Shown: positions 1 through 8,740 of the stretch, one piece after another | How the letters are laid out: each line of letters begins with the position of its first letter | Numbering within the stretch: the first letter of the stretch is position 1 | From: an uncultured Treponema sp. | GTDB lineage: Bacteria; Spirochaetota; Spirochaetia; Treponematales; Treponemataceae | Length of the DNA: 64,000 nt | Direction of reading: 5' to 3' | Assembly: GCA_937901865.1 (NCBI GenBank) | Contig: CALDID010000179.1 | Span: forward strand, 4,096 to 68,095 | Notes under the pieces: generated by a model | The model's database searches: none | Told to the model about the DNA's origin: nothing | Seen by the model: only the letters and a program-made list of their open reading frames with translations | Position numbers and translations under genes: made by a program

Positions 1-2681
1 GCATTTTTTTCTATCTTGTTACCGCTGTTGATATTTTTGATATATCGCTTTCTGTGAAACAGCGTTTCAACATAGCCATTTCTCTCAGCGTCTTTTACCG
101 TTGTTTCAATAAAGCTTTGTATCTTTGGATACTGCGCAAAATAGCTATCGATAAAAGTTTTAGCAAGCGTCCTTGTGATGCCTAAATCCTTAGCTAAACG
201 GAACGCACTCATTCCGTAAATAATGCCAAAGTTAATGGTTTTCGCGGTTCTTCTCATCTCAGCAGTAACTTTATCGCTTTCCACTCCGTAAATAAGAGCC
301 GCAGTAGCTTTGTGAACATCAGTTCCCTCTCTAAAAGACCTTTGCAACTCTTCATCGCCAGAAATATGAGAAAGCACGACAAGCTCAATTTGCGCATAAT
401 CTGCACTGATTAGCGTCTTGCCGTCTACAGCAGTAAAAGCCGAACGAATACGCCTGCCTTCTTCGTTTCTTACAGGGATATTCTGTAAATTGGGGTCGCG
501 GCTTGAAAGACGACCTGTTGCTGTTCCTGTCTGTAAAAAAGTTGTATGCACTCTGCCGTTTTTATCCGCAAGAGATGGAAGCGCATCTACATAAGTAGAA
601 AGCAGCTTTGTAGCCATTCTGTATTCCAAAATCTTTTTTGGCACAGGGTCAACTAAAGCCAACTCTTCCATCACAGCCGTATCTGTTGAATATCCCGTCT
701 TTGTCTTTTTGCCTGTCTTCAATCCCCTCTCTTCAAACAATACCGTTTGAAGCTGCTTTGTCGAAGCTATGTTGAACTCATGCCCTACAAGCTCAAAGAT
801 TTCTTTTTGTATCGTATAGATTTTATCTTCAAGTTCACCTCTATAATCGTGCAAGCGAGAACTGTCAAGATGTATGCCCAAAAGCTCCATTTCGGCAAGC
901 AAAGGCATAAGAGGCATTTCCACTTCCTTGAACCAATCATATAAGCCGTTTTCTTTTAATTGCTTTTTCAAGATGTGATATATTTTTAAAGTGAAATCAG
1001 AATCTTCTGCACAATATTGAGTAGCATTTTCTAAAGGCACATCTGCAAAAGAAGAGCCTTTTTCTACTATATCATCAAACTCAATTCCCTTTAGATGCAA
1101 TAATCGTTCGGCAATCGATTCAAGCGAAAATGGACTTTTTCCCACTCCATCTGGTTCTAAGAGCCACGAAGCAATCATCGTATCAAACACTTCACATGCA
1201 AAACACGACGAAGCAACTTTATCAGCTTTATTTTCTTCGCTCGTTTCGATTGTTTCTACATCAAATAAAAACTGTTCGCTTGCATTACGAGCCTTTGGCT
1301 CTTTCGATTTATCAAGAGCAAAGCCATTAGTGCGCAACACTTCATAATCATATTTAGCGTTGTGCATAATAACCGTAACATCAGGATTAGAAAATAATCG
1401 GTTTAATTCATCGAATGCGTCTATTTTTGTAATATAATCATTGCTTAAAAGAGCATTTTCCGCCTTTATTGGCACATAAACACCCTTTCCCTCTTCATAA
1501 GCAAGCGAAAAGCCTATTAAAATAGCTTCTTGAGTATTTAAAGAGGTCGTTTCTGTGTCAAAAGCAACTGCTTTTTCATTCGAAGCAAGTATTTTATCAA
1601 TATATTTTGCTAAATCCTGCTTTGAAATAATAGAAAAATACTCACCTTTGTTCTGTTTTATTTCAAAATTTTCATTTTCGCTCTCATCTATAAAACGAGA
1701 TTGAGAGTTAGTAGCAGCACTTATCTCCCCTGCTAAAAGCGCAGCAGAGCTATACATCTTTGCGATAGCTGGCACTTCATAAAACCGCAGTTTTTTAGAA
1801 GCACCGTCAAAATCATACTCCACACAAAGCTCCTCAATAGAGGAAACTTCAAGAGGAACACTGTCGCACAGAGTGATTAGCTTTTTTGATAATTCTGCAC
1901 CAGCTCTATCTTCTCTTATCTTCTTTCCGACCGCACCTTCTATCTCATTTTCGTGCGCATAGATATTTTCAATAGAGCCGTATTGTTTTAACAGCTTCAA
2001 AGCCGTTTTCTCGCCAATGCCTTTCACTCCTGGCACGTTGTCAGCAGCATCTCCAACAAGAGTAAGCATATCAAGCATTTGACAAGGCTTTATTCCCCAA
2101 ATCTCTTCAACCTTACTTCCGTCGCACTCGCTCCAACCGCCACCGCCAAATTTCACAGGAGTCAACATTTTTACTTTATCGTCAACAAGTTGCATTAAAT
2201 CCTTGTCGCCACTTAGTATTCTGCATTCAATATTGCTTTCTTTGCACATTCTTGCAACTGTTGCGATAATATCATCAGCCTCATAGCCATCTTTCTGCAA
2301 GACCTTTATGCCCAAAGACTGCAATACATCGGTAATCCACGGAACTTGTGCGTGTAAATCATCAGGAGTTTTTGTTCTGTTTGCTTTGTACTCTCCATAC
2401 ATTTCGTGGCGGAATGTTTTTGTAGTTGAATCCATCGCCGCAACAAAATACTGGGGATTATACTTTTTTATGACATTTCGTATATTCCTAAAAAAGCCAA
2501 AGAGAGCAGAAATATTTTCACCCTTTGTGTTTGTTAAGGGCTTTTTTATCATTGCATAATATTCTCTGAATATAAGACCATACGAATCAAGCAGGAACAC
2601 CGTTTTTTTTGACGCTTCAGATTCTGCAAAAGCCTTAGATTCCTCAAGATTTTCGGTATCATCAAAAAGCCCATCACTCAT
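1..2681 (-). CDS. polA: DNA polymerase I (3' end runs off the left edge of the window)
   Basis: Not in the ORF track because there is no stop in the window. Manual translation from ATG 2681 gives MSDGLFDD...VFLLDSYGLIFREYYA...FRHEMYGEYKANR (5'-3' exonuclease), GDAADNVPGVKGIGEKTA, TGRLSSRDPNLQNIP, DYAQIEL and AKTINFGIIYG. Confidence 0.95.
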   Translation of the reverse strand, partial: MSDGLFDDTENLEESKAFAESEASKKTVFLLDSYGLIFREYYAMIKKPLTNTKGENISALFGFFRNIRNVIKKYNPQYFVAAMDSTTKTFRHEMYGEYKANRTKTPDDLHAQVPWITDVLQSLGIKVLQKDGYEADDIIATVARMCKESNIECRILSGDKDLMQLVDDKVKMLTPVKFGGGGWSECDGSKVEEIWGIKPCQMLDMLTLVGDAADNVPGVKGIGEKTALKLLKQYGSIENIYAHENEIEGAVGKKIREDRAGAELSKKLITLCDSVPLEVSSIEELCVEYDFDGASKKLRFYEVPAIAKMYSSAALLAGEISAATNSQSRFIDESENENFEIKQNKGEYFSIISKQDLAKYIDKILASNEKAVAFDTETTSLNTQEAILIGFSLAYEEGKGVYVPIKAENALLSNDYITKIDAFDELNRLFSNPDVTVIMHNAKYDYEVLRTNGFALDKSKEPKARNASEQFLFDVETIETSEENKADKVASSCFACEVFDTMIASWLLEPDGVGKSPFSLESIAERLLHLKGIEFDDIVEKGSSFADVPLENATQYCAEDSDFTLKIYHILKKQLKENGLYDWFKEVEMPLMPLLAEMELLGIHLDSSRLHDYRGELEDKIYTIQKEIFELVGHEFNIASTKQLQTVLFEERGLKTGKKTKTGYSTDTAVMEELALVDPVPKKILEYRMATKLLSTYVDALPSLADKNGRVHTTFLQTGTATGRLSSRDPNLQNIPVRNEEGRRIRSAFTAVDGKTLISADYAQIELVVLSHISGDEELQRSFREGTDVHKATAALIYGVESDKVTAEMRRTAKTINFGIIYGMSAFRLAKDLGITRTLAKTFIDSYFAQYPKIQSFIETTVKDAERNGYVETLFHRKRYIKNINSGNKIEKN

Positions 2682-2683
2682 TT

Positions 2684-3145
2684 TTACACGTCCATTTGTA
2701 CTACAGAAGCTGTTGAACTAGAAGAATAAACGCTTCTTCTATAAGGATTTTTGAAAGCTCTCATATCTTTTTGCAAATCGCCCATTTTCAAGCGAAGAAG
2801 TTCTTGATTTCTCACATTTTGCTTTGAAACCTTGTCGCGCAAAGACAAAAGCTCTGTTTGTATCTCTGGGATATAACTATCACAAGAGTGAGTTTTTTTA
2901 TAAAGAGCTTCCATAGGAGCAGCGACTTTTTGCAATGCGCCAATGCTTGAAACAATCTTCTCCTGTAGCTCAGAGTGAATAGCTACACTTTCACTATCGC
3001 CCTGCTCTATTTTTGTGTGTTGCTTTTCAAGTACCGTAAGGTATTCGCGGAACTTTTCTCGCTGTTCTTCGAGTATACCTCTAAATCTTTTTACGATTGC
3101 CACTCTCTCATCGAGTTCTTCTCTTGTAATGTCCATCGCTGCCAT
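2684..3145 (-). CDS. flgN: FlgN-like flagellar export chaperone
   Basis: 153-aa coiled-coil protein directly downstream of fliS; size and position fit spirochete FlgN-like proteins. Confidence 0.6.
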   Translation of the reverse strand: MAAMDITREELDERVAIVKRFRGILEEQREKFREYLTVLEKQHTKIEQGDSESVAIHSELQEKIVSSIGALQKVAAPMEALYKKTHSCDSYIPEIQTELLSLRDKVSKQNVRNQELLRLKMGDLQKDMRAFKNPYRRSVYSSSSTASVVQMDV

Positions 3146-3168
3146 TTTCTTTTCCTAAAAAACTCACC

Positions 3169-3621
3169 TTACCCCGTAATATTGAGTGAAGTCATACGTT
3201 GTGAATTATAAGCAGGTCCGTTAGACGATGTAGCCGCCGCACTTCTCCATGCAGAACATAAATCATCTAACTGAGCGCGAATAAAAGACAAAATCTTTTT
3301 ATCGTGCTTCAACGACGCTTGCATAAGCTGTTGATTGTAATACAAATACAAGCTCATCAGATTCGTTGCAATCTGTCCGCCTTGGTCCATATTTAACGAA
3401 GTCTGAAGCTCATTGATAATCTGCTGTGTTTTTTGAATACAAGCGTTATATCGCTCTATATTCTTTGCGGCGATTTTTCCATCATCGCCAAACTTTTCCA
3501 TAGCTTCATCAAGGCTTTTCACCGCAGCTTCATAAAGCATAACTACGAGTTTTCCCTGACTTGCTGTTTTTATTCCAGTATCACGATATGCATTGTATCC
3601 TTGCATACTGTTAAAAGCCAT
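3169..3621 (-). CDS. fliS: Flagellin chaperone FliS
   Basis: TASQGKLVVMLYEAA and IINELQTSLNMDQGGQIATNLMSLYLY motifs. Confidence 0.93.
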   Translation of the reverse strand: MAFNSMQGYNAYRDTGIKTASQGKLVVMLYEAAVKSLDEAMEKFGDDGKIAAKNIERYNACIQKTQQIINELQTSLNMDQGGQIATNLMSLYLYYNQQLMQASLKHDKKILSFIRAQLDDLCSAWRSAAATSSNGPAYNSQRMTSLNITG

Positions 3622-3673
3622 AAATTGCCCCCACCAAATAAAAAAGAATAAAAAACTCTTATCCCTTTGTCTT

Positions 3674-3700
3674 TTATCGGTCTTTTTCTAAAAAAGTTGA
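3674..3700 (-). promoter_or_regulatory. Sigma-28 (FliA)-type promoter of fliS
   Basis: Minus strand TCAA-N15-ACCGATAA, against the consensus TAAA-N15-GCCGATAA, upstream of a flagellar gene. Confidence 0.7.
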
Positions 3701-3762
3701 ATATAGAAACCTTTTCCGCACGATTCTCTACTTCATACAATTTTGGCAATCGCTTATTTTTA

Positions 3763-3791
3763 TTGCATTTTTATTAAATAGCGGTTATACT
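3763..3791 (+). promoter_or_regulatory. Sigma-70 promoter of rmlA (probably leaderless)
   Basis: TTGCAT-N17-TATACT, ending 7 nt before the ATG at 3799; no SD. Confidence 0.65.
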
Positions 3792-3798
3792 CTTTTTT

Positions 3799-4674
3799 AT
3801 GAAAGGAATTATTTTAGCAGGCGGGTCGGGAACTCGCCTTTACCCGATTACAAAGGCGGTTTCAAAGCAGATTTTGCCGCTCTACGATAAGCCGATGATT
3901 TATTATCCGCTGTCTTGTCTTATGCTTGCAGGTATTCGCGAGGTTTTAATCATCTCTACCCCGCGCGATATTTCGCTTTTCCGAGAGCTTTTCGGCGACG
4001 GCGCGTGGCTTGGAATGAAGTTTGAATACGCCGTGCAGGATAAACCACGCGGGCTTGCAGATGCGTTCATCGTGGGAAAAGATTTTATCGGAAGCGACGA
4101 TGTTGCGCTTGTTTTGGGCGATAATATTTTTTACGGTCAGAGTTTTACGCAGACGCTCAAAAATGCTCGAAACAAGATTGAAGGAAAAACAGCCGAAGCA
4201 GTGATTTTTGGCTATATGGTCAAAGACCCGACGGCGTACGGCGTGGTTGAGTTCGACAAAACGGGCAAAGTCTTAGGCATTGAAGAAAAGCCGAAGCAGC
4301 CGAAAAGCAATTATGCAGTCCCTGGTCTGTATTTTTACAATAATGCGGTCGTAAATATCGCAAGCGAAGTAAAGCCCTCTGTACGCGGCGAAATCGAAAT
4401 CACGGCGGTGAACAATGCGTATCTTGAGCGCGGCAGTCTTTCGGTTGAACTGCTCGGTCGCGGTATGGCGTGGCTCGACACAGGAACGTATGACGGCTTA
4501 AACGAAGCGAGCAATTTTATCGCGACAATTCAGAAACGGCAGGGAATGTATGTTTCTTGTATTGAAGAAATCGCGTTTGCAAACGGCTGGATTGACAAAA
4601 AGCATTTGCTTGAGCTTGCGAGCGGCTACAAAACCGATTACGGCGAATACTTAAAATACATTGCAGGCAAATAA
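3799..4674 (+). CDS. rmlA: Glucose-1-phosphate thymidylyltransferase
   Basis: [35 protein letters not shown] and WLDTGT. Confidence 0.97.
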   Translation: MKGIILAGGSGTRLYPITKAVSKQILPLYDKPMIYYPLSCLMLAGIREVLIISTPRDISLFRELFGDGAWLGMKFEYAVQDKPRGLADAFIVGKDFIGSDDVALVLGDNIFYGQSFTQTLKNARNKIEGKTAEAVIFGYMVKDPTAYGVVEFDKTGKVLGIEEKPKQPKSNYAVPGLYFYNNAVVNIASEVKPSVRGEIEITAVNNAYLERGSLSVELLGRGMAWLDTGTYDGLNEASNFIATIQKRQGMYVSCIEEIAFANGWIDKKHLLELASGYKTDYGEYLKYIAGK

Positions 4675-4740
4675 TACAGATTATCAAGGGGCTTAAGTCC
4701 CTTGTCAATTTTGAGAAACACGCTGTGCGTGGGAGAAAAG

Positions 4741-5334
4741 ATGTTTGAGTTTAAGAAATGCGCTGTGGACGGCGTGGAAATAAAAGGACTGTACGAGATT
4801 CAGCCAAAAGTGTTCGGCGATGCGCGCGGATACTTTTTTGAGGTGTACAGCGAAAAGGATTTTTTTGACGCAGGGCTGACGATGCGATTTGTGCAGGATA
4901 ATCAGTCGTCAAGCTCGAAGGGCGTTTTGCGCGGGCTTCATTTTCAGACACAGCACCCGCAGGGAAAGCTCGTGCGCGCGGTGTCGGGCAAGGTCTATGA
5001 TGTAGCGGTGGATTTACGAAACGGCTCGGCGACGTTCGGCAAGTATTACGGCGTAATTCTCGACGGCGAAAAACAGAATCAGTTTTATATTCCCGAAGGA
5101 TTTGCGCACGGATTTTATGTTTTGAGCGACACGGCGGTTTTCGCGTACAAATGCACTGACTTTTATGACCCGAAAGGCGAAGGCGGTTTGATGTGGAACG
5201 ACGAGACAATCGGCATTGACTGGAGCGCAGTTGCTCCATCTCTCTCGCCGCTTTTGAGCGACAAAGACACAAAGCACTCCAGCTTCGACGCGAACGGCAA
5301 ATACTTCGACCTAAACGGAAAATGGCAGAGATAA
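4741..5334 (+). CDS. rmlC: dTDP-4-dehydrorhamnose 3,5-epimerase
   Basis: FGDARGYF, VQDNQSSS, GVLRGLHFQ and GFAHGF. Start moved to ATG 4741, after a GGGAG SD. Confidence 0.95.
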   Translation: MFEFKKCAVDGVEIKGLYEIQPKVFGDARGYFFEVYSEKDFFDAGLTMRFVQDNQSSSSKGVLRGLHFQTQHPQGKLVRAVSGKVYDVAVDLRNGSATFGKYYGVILDGEKQNQFYIPEGFAHGFYVLSDTAVFAYKCTDFYDPKGEGGLMWNDETIGIDWSAVAPSLSPLLSDKDTKHSSFDANGKYFDLNGKWQR

Positions 5335-6188
5335 TGAGCAATATCATTTCGGCGATTATTCATTTGGTAAAAAATCCGCAGATTGAATTGATACGAAAAG
5401 GCAGTAGCCGAAATCGCGCAAATACTATGGGCGAGGCGCTGGAAGAGTACATAAAAGATTTGTTTGCAAACACGCTCGGCGTTGCAGACGAACAAACGCG
5501 GAATGTAGCGATTGCACAGACTTTTTCGTATCTTGGAAATCAAAATAATCCGCCAGACAGTATGCTTCGCGGCGGAGATGCTATTGAAGTAAAGAAAATT
5601 GAGAGCAGGAATGCCGCGCTTGCATTGAACTCAAGTTATCCGAAAGCAAAATTGTTTGCACATAGCCCGATGATAAAAAAAGCGTGTCGCGACTGCGAGC
5701 CGTGGACGCAAAAAGATATGATTTATGCGGTCGGTGTGGTAAACGGCAATAGGCTTGAATCGTTAGCGTTCGTCTACGGAGAAGATTATTGCGCAGACAA
5801 AGAAACCTATGAAACGATAAAATCAACGATTAAAAACGGCGTTGAGTCAATACCGAATGTTGAGTTTACAGAAAGCAAAGAACTGGGGCACGTCAATCGT
5901 GTTGACCCGCTTGGCATTACATATCTGCGTATTCGCGGAATGTGGGGAATCGAAAATCCGTTTACGGTGTTCGATTATGTTTACCAGCGAAATCCGCAGA
6001 ACAAATTTAATTTTATGTGCATTATAAACAACGATAAATTTCATTCTTTTGAAAATGCTTCTGAATTGATTGCACTTTCAAAGCAAAATAAGAATCTTTC
6101 GATTCAAGATGTGCAGATAAAAAATCCGAATAATCCTGCACAATTACGGGGCGCAAAATGTATCGCCTTTGGAATCGAGGCGCAATGA
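5334..6188 (+). CDS. Type II restriction endonuclease, NgoPII family (GGCC predicted)
   Basis: [55 protein letters not shown] and [21 protein letters not shown] match the NgoPII family as recalled. The ATG overlaps the rmlC stop (TAATG). Confidence 0.85.
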   Translation: MSNIISAIIHLVKNPQIELIRKGSSRNRANTMGEALEEYIKDLFANTLGVADEQTRNVAIAQTFSYLGNQNNPPDSMLRGGDAIEVKKIESRNAALALNSSYPKAKLFAHSPMIKKACRDCEPWTQKDMIYAVGVVNGNRLESLAFVYGEDYCADKETYETIKSTIKNGVESIPNVEFTESKELGHVNRVDPLGITYLRIRGMWGIENPFTVFDYVYQRNPQNKFNFMCIINNDKFHSFENASELIALSKQNKNLSIQDVQIKNPNNPAQLRGAKCIAFGIEAQ

Positions 6189-7207
6189 TGAAAGTGATAA
6201 GTTTGTTCAGCGGCTGCGGCGGGCTTGATTTGGGCTTTGAAATGGCTGGCTTTGAAATCCCGATTGCGAATGAATTTGACAAAACGATTTGGGAAACGTT
6301 CAAGGCAAATCACCCAAAAACGCACCTCATCGAAGGCGATATCAGAAACATAAAAGAATCCGATTTTCCCGATGAAATCGACGGAATTATCGGAGGTCCG
6401 CCGTGTCAGTCTTGGTCTGAAGCGGGGGCATTGCGCGGCATAGACGACGAGCGCGGAAAACTTTTTTTTGAATATATACGAATTCTCAAAAACAAAAAAC
6501 CGAAGTTTTTTTTGGCAGAAAATGTCAGCGGAATGTTGGCAAATCGTCATTCCGAAGCGGTGCAGAATATTCTAAAAATGTTCAAAGAGTGCGGCTACAG
6601 CGTTTCTTTGACGCTGGTCAATGCAAAAGATTACGGCGTTGCGCAGGAGCGAAAGCGCGTTTTTTATATCGGTTTTAGAGATGATTTGCATATCAATTTT
6701 GTGTTTCCGAAAGGCTCAACGAAAAGCGACGAGAAAAAACTCACGCTCAAAGATGTGATTTGGGATTTGAAAGACTCCGCTGTGCCGACTCTGGAGAAAA
6801 ACAAGCATAATCCTGCGGCAATCAACAACAATGAATATTTTACAGGCGCGTATTCGCCCATTTTTATGAGCCGAAACCGCGTAAAATCTTGGGACGAGCA
6901 GGCGTTTACGGTGCAGGCTTCGGGGCGGCAATGCCAACTTCACCCGCAAGCTCCAAAAATGGAAAAAATTGCGCAGGATAAATGCCGTTTTGCACAGGGA
7001 AAAGAACTGTTATACCGCAGAATGACGGTTCGGGAAATTGCGCGAATTCAGGGATTCCCCGATGATTTTCAATTTATTTATACGGATACGAACAACGCGT
7101 ATAAAATGATAGGAAATGCAGTTCCAGTTCATTTGGCGTATGAAGCGGCGTGCGGAATCAAGCGCGCGCTGGAAAATGCGACGGAAACGATAAGACTTTT
7201 TGCATAG
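6185..7207 (+). CDS. DNA (cytosine-5) methyltransferase, M.HaeIII/M.NgoPII-like (GGCC predicted)
   Basis: [27 protein letters not shown] and IGNAV; the TRD FMSRNRV...[17 protein letters not shown] closely matches M.HaeIII as recalled. Confidence 0.93.
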   Translation: MMKVISLFSGCGGLDLGFEMAGFEIPIANEFDKTIWETFKANHPKTHLIEGDIRNIKESDFPDEIDGIIGGPPCQSWSEAGALRGIDDERGKLFFEYIRILKNKKPKFFLAENVSGMLANRHSEAVQNILKMFKECGYSVSLTLVNAKDYGVAQERKRVFYIGFRDDLHINFVFPKGSTKSDEKKLTLKDVIWDLKDSAVPTLEKNKHNPAAINNNEYFTGAYSPIFMSRNRVKSWDEQAFTVQASGRQCQLHPQAPKMEKIAQDKCRFAQGKELLYRRMTVREIARIQGFPDDFQFIYTDTNNAYKMIGNAVPVHLAYEAACGIKRALENATETIRLFA

Positions 7208-7217
7208 GAGTAAAACA

Positions 7218-8372
7218 ATGGCAAGAAAATTAACGAATATTTTGATTACGGGCGGCTGTGGGTTTATCGGCTCGAACTTCATCAATTACCTTTTGGGCAA
7301 AAGCACATCGGGAGAGGCGTGCTTCAAAGATTCTGGCTTTTCTGGCAGAATTATCAACGTAGATTGCTTGACGTATGCGGGCAATCCCGAAAATCTCGCC
7401 GCTGTGGAAGCAGAATACGGCGTGTCGGCTCTCGGCGATAAAGCGCGCTACATCTTTGAGAAAGCAGACATCTGCGACCGCGCACAAATCGAGCGCATCT
7501 TCAAACAATACGACATCGACACCGTGATTCACTTCGCCGCCGAAAGCCACGTTGACCGCTCAATCCTAGGACCTGAAGCGTTCATCAAGACAAACGTCAT
7601 GGGCACATATACGCTGCTTGACGTTGCGCGCAATTATTGGCACTGCTCGCTCGACAACGTGCGCGACGACGTTTTGTTCCACCACATTTCCACCGACGAA
7701 GTTTACGGCTCACTTGGCGAAACGGGCTATTTCCGCGAAGACACGCCGTATGACCCGCGCTCTCCGTATTCGTCAAGCAAGGCTTCAAGCGACCACATCG
7801 CGCTGGCGTATTTCCACACCTATGCGCTGCCTGTAACGCTGTCGAACTGCACGAACAATTACGGACCGCTGCAATTCCCCGAAAAACTTCTGCCGCTGAT
7901 GATTTCAAACATCAAAGAGGGCAAGAACCTGCCAGTGTACGGCGACGGCAAGAATATCCGCGACTGGATTTATGTGGAAGACCACAACCGCGGCGTGTGG
8001 GAAATCGTGAACAAATCTCCTGCGGGCGAAAAGTGGAACTTGGGCGGCGAAAACGAATGGGAAAACATCAAGCTGTTGAACACCGTCATCGACTTGACCG
8101 CGAAAGAGTTGGGCAAAAACGCGGAGGAAGTCAGAAAGACCATCACTTACGTCAAAGACCGACCGGGACACGACCGCCGATACGCAATCGACTGCACAAA
8201 GGCGAAGACAAAACTCGGCTGGGAGCGCAAAATGAGCTTTGAGCAGGGATTGCTCGCAACGATTCGCTGGTACTTGGCGCACGAAGAGTGGATTAACCAC
8301 ATCAAGAGCGGCGCATACAAAGACTGGATTGAAAAGAACTACAGTCAGCGACTGGCTAAAAACGCGCGCTAA
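7218..8372 (+). CDS. rmlB: dTDP-glucose 4,6-dehydratase
   Basis: ITGGCGFIGSNF, HFAAESHVDRSI, HISTDEVYGSL, PYSSSKAS and DRPGHDRRYA. The AGGAG SD overlaps the MTase stop. Confidence 0.96.
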   Translation: MARKLTNILITGGCGFIGSNFINYLLGKSTSGEACFKDSGFSGRIINVDCLTYAGNPENLAAVEAEYGVSALGDKARYIFEKADICDRAQIERIFKQYDIDTVIHFAAESHVDRSILGPEAFIKTNVMGTYTLLDVARNYWHCSLDNVRDDVLFHHISTDEVYGSLGETGYFREDTPYDPRSPYSSSKASSDHIALAYFHTYALPVTLSNCTNNYGPLQFPEKLLPLMISNIKEGKNLPVYGDGKNIRDWIYVEDHNRGVWEIVNKSPAGEKWNLGGENEWENIKLLNTVIDLTAKELGKNAEEVRKTITYVKDRPGHDRRYAIDCTKAKTKLGWERKMSFEQGLLATIRWYLAHEEWINHIKSGAYKDWIEKNYSQRLAKNAR

Positions 8373-8375
8373 AAC

Positions 8376-8489
8376 TAGACCTGTTCGGAAACAGTATGTC
8401 ATTGCCGTACTTGATACGGCAATCTATTGCAATATAGGCAAAAAGATTATCGGGTCGAACCCGATAATGACAATTATCGAACAGGTCTA
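8376..8489 (+). mobile_element. 114-bp MITE-like element, copy 1
   Basis: Ends TAGACCTGTTCG...CGAACAGGTCTA; two internal REP-like hairpins; near-identical copies elsewhere in the window. Confidence 0.85.
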
Positions 8490-8498
8490 CGGAATTAT

Positions 8499-8530
8499 GT
8501 CATTCCCGTGCTTGATTGACACGGGAATGT
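8499..8530 (+). repeat. Free REP-like hairpin (GTCATTCCCGTG-CTTGA-CACGGGAAT type) with a 4-bp TTGA duplication
   Basis: GTCATTCCCGTGCTTGATTGACACGGGAAT; compare the copy at 24785. Confidence 0.7.
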
Positions 8531-8574
8531 TTTTTAGTGCTGTTTTCGAGAACCTGCGTTCCACGCGTCCTGCA

Positions 8575-8740
8575 ATTTTTTGCTCGCTGTAAATTACATT
8601 GACGAGAAAATTCCTGTTTAAAGCACGGCGCACTGATGCAGCAAGGAAAAAATTTCTATTTTTTGCCCAATGCACATTACATTGACCAAAAAATTCTTGT
8701 TTAAAGCACGGCGCAGCGTTGCAGCAACAAAAAAATCTAT
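8575..8740. repeat. Two degenerate tandem copies of an ~83-bp unit
   Basis: ATTACATTGAC...TGTTTAAAGCACGGCGCA...TGCAGCAA occurs twice. Confidence 0.7.

Noticed and set aside
4684..4706. Hairpin CAAGGGGCTTAAGTCCCTTG between rmlA and rmlC as a REP of another family
   Set aside because: Single copy in the window and no associated transposase; too little evidence.
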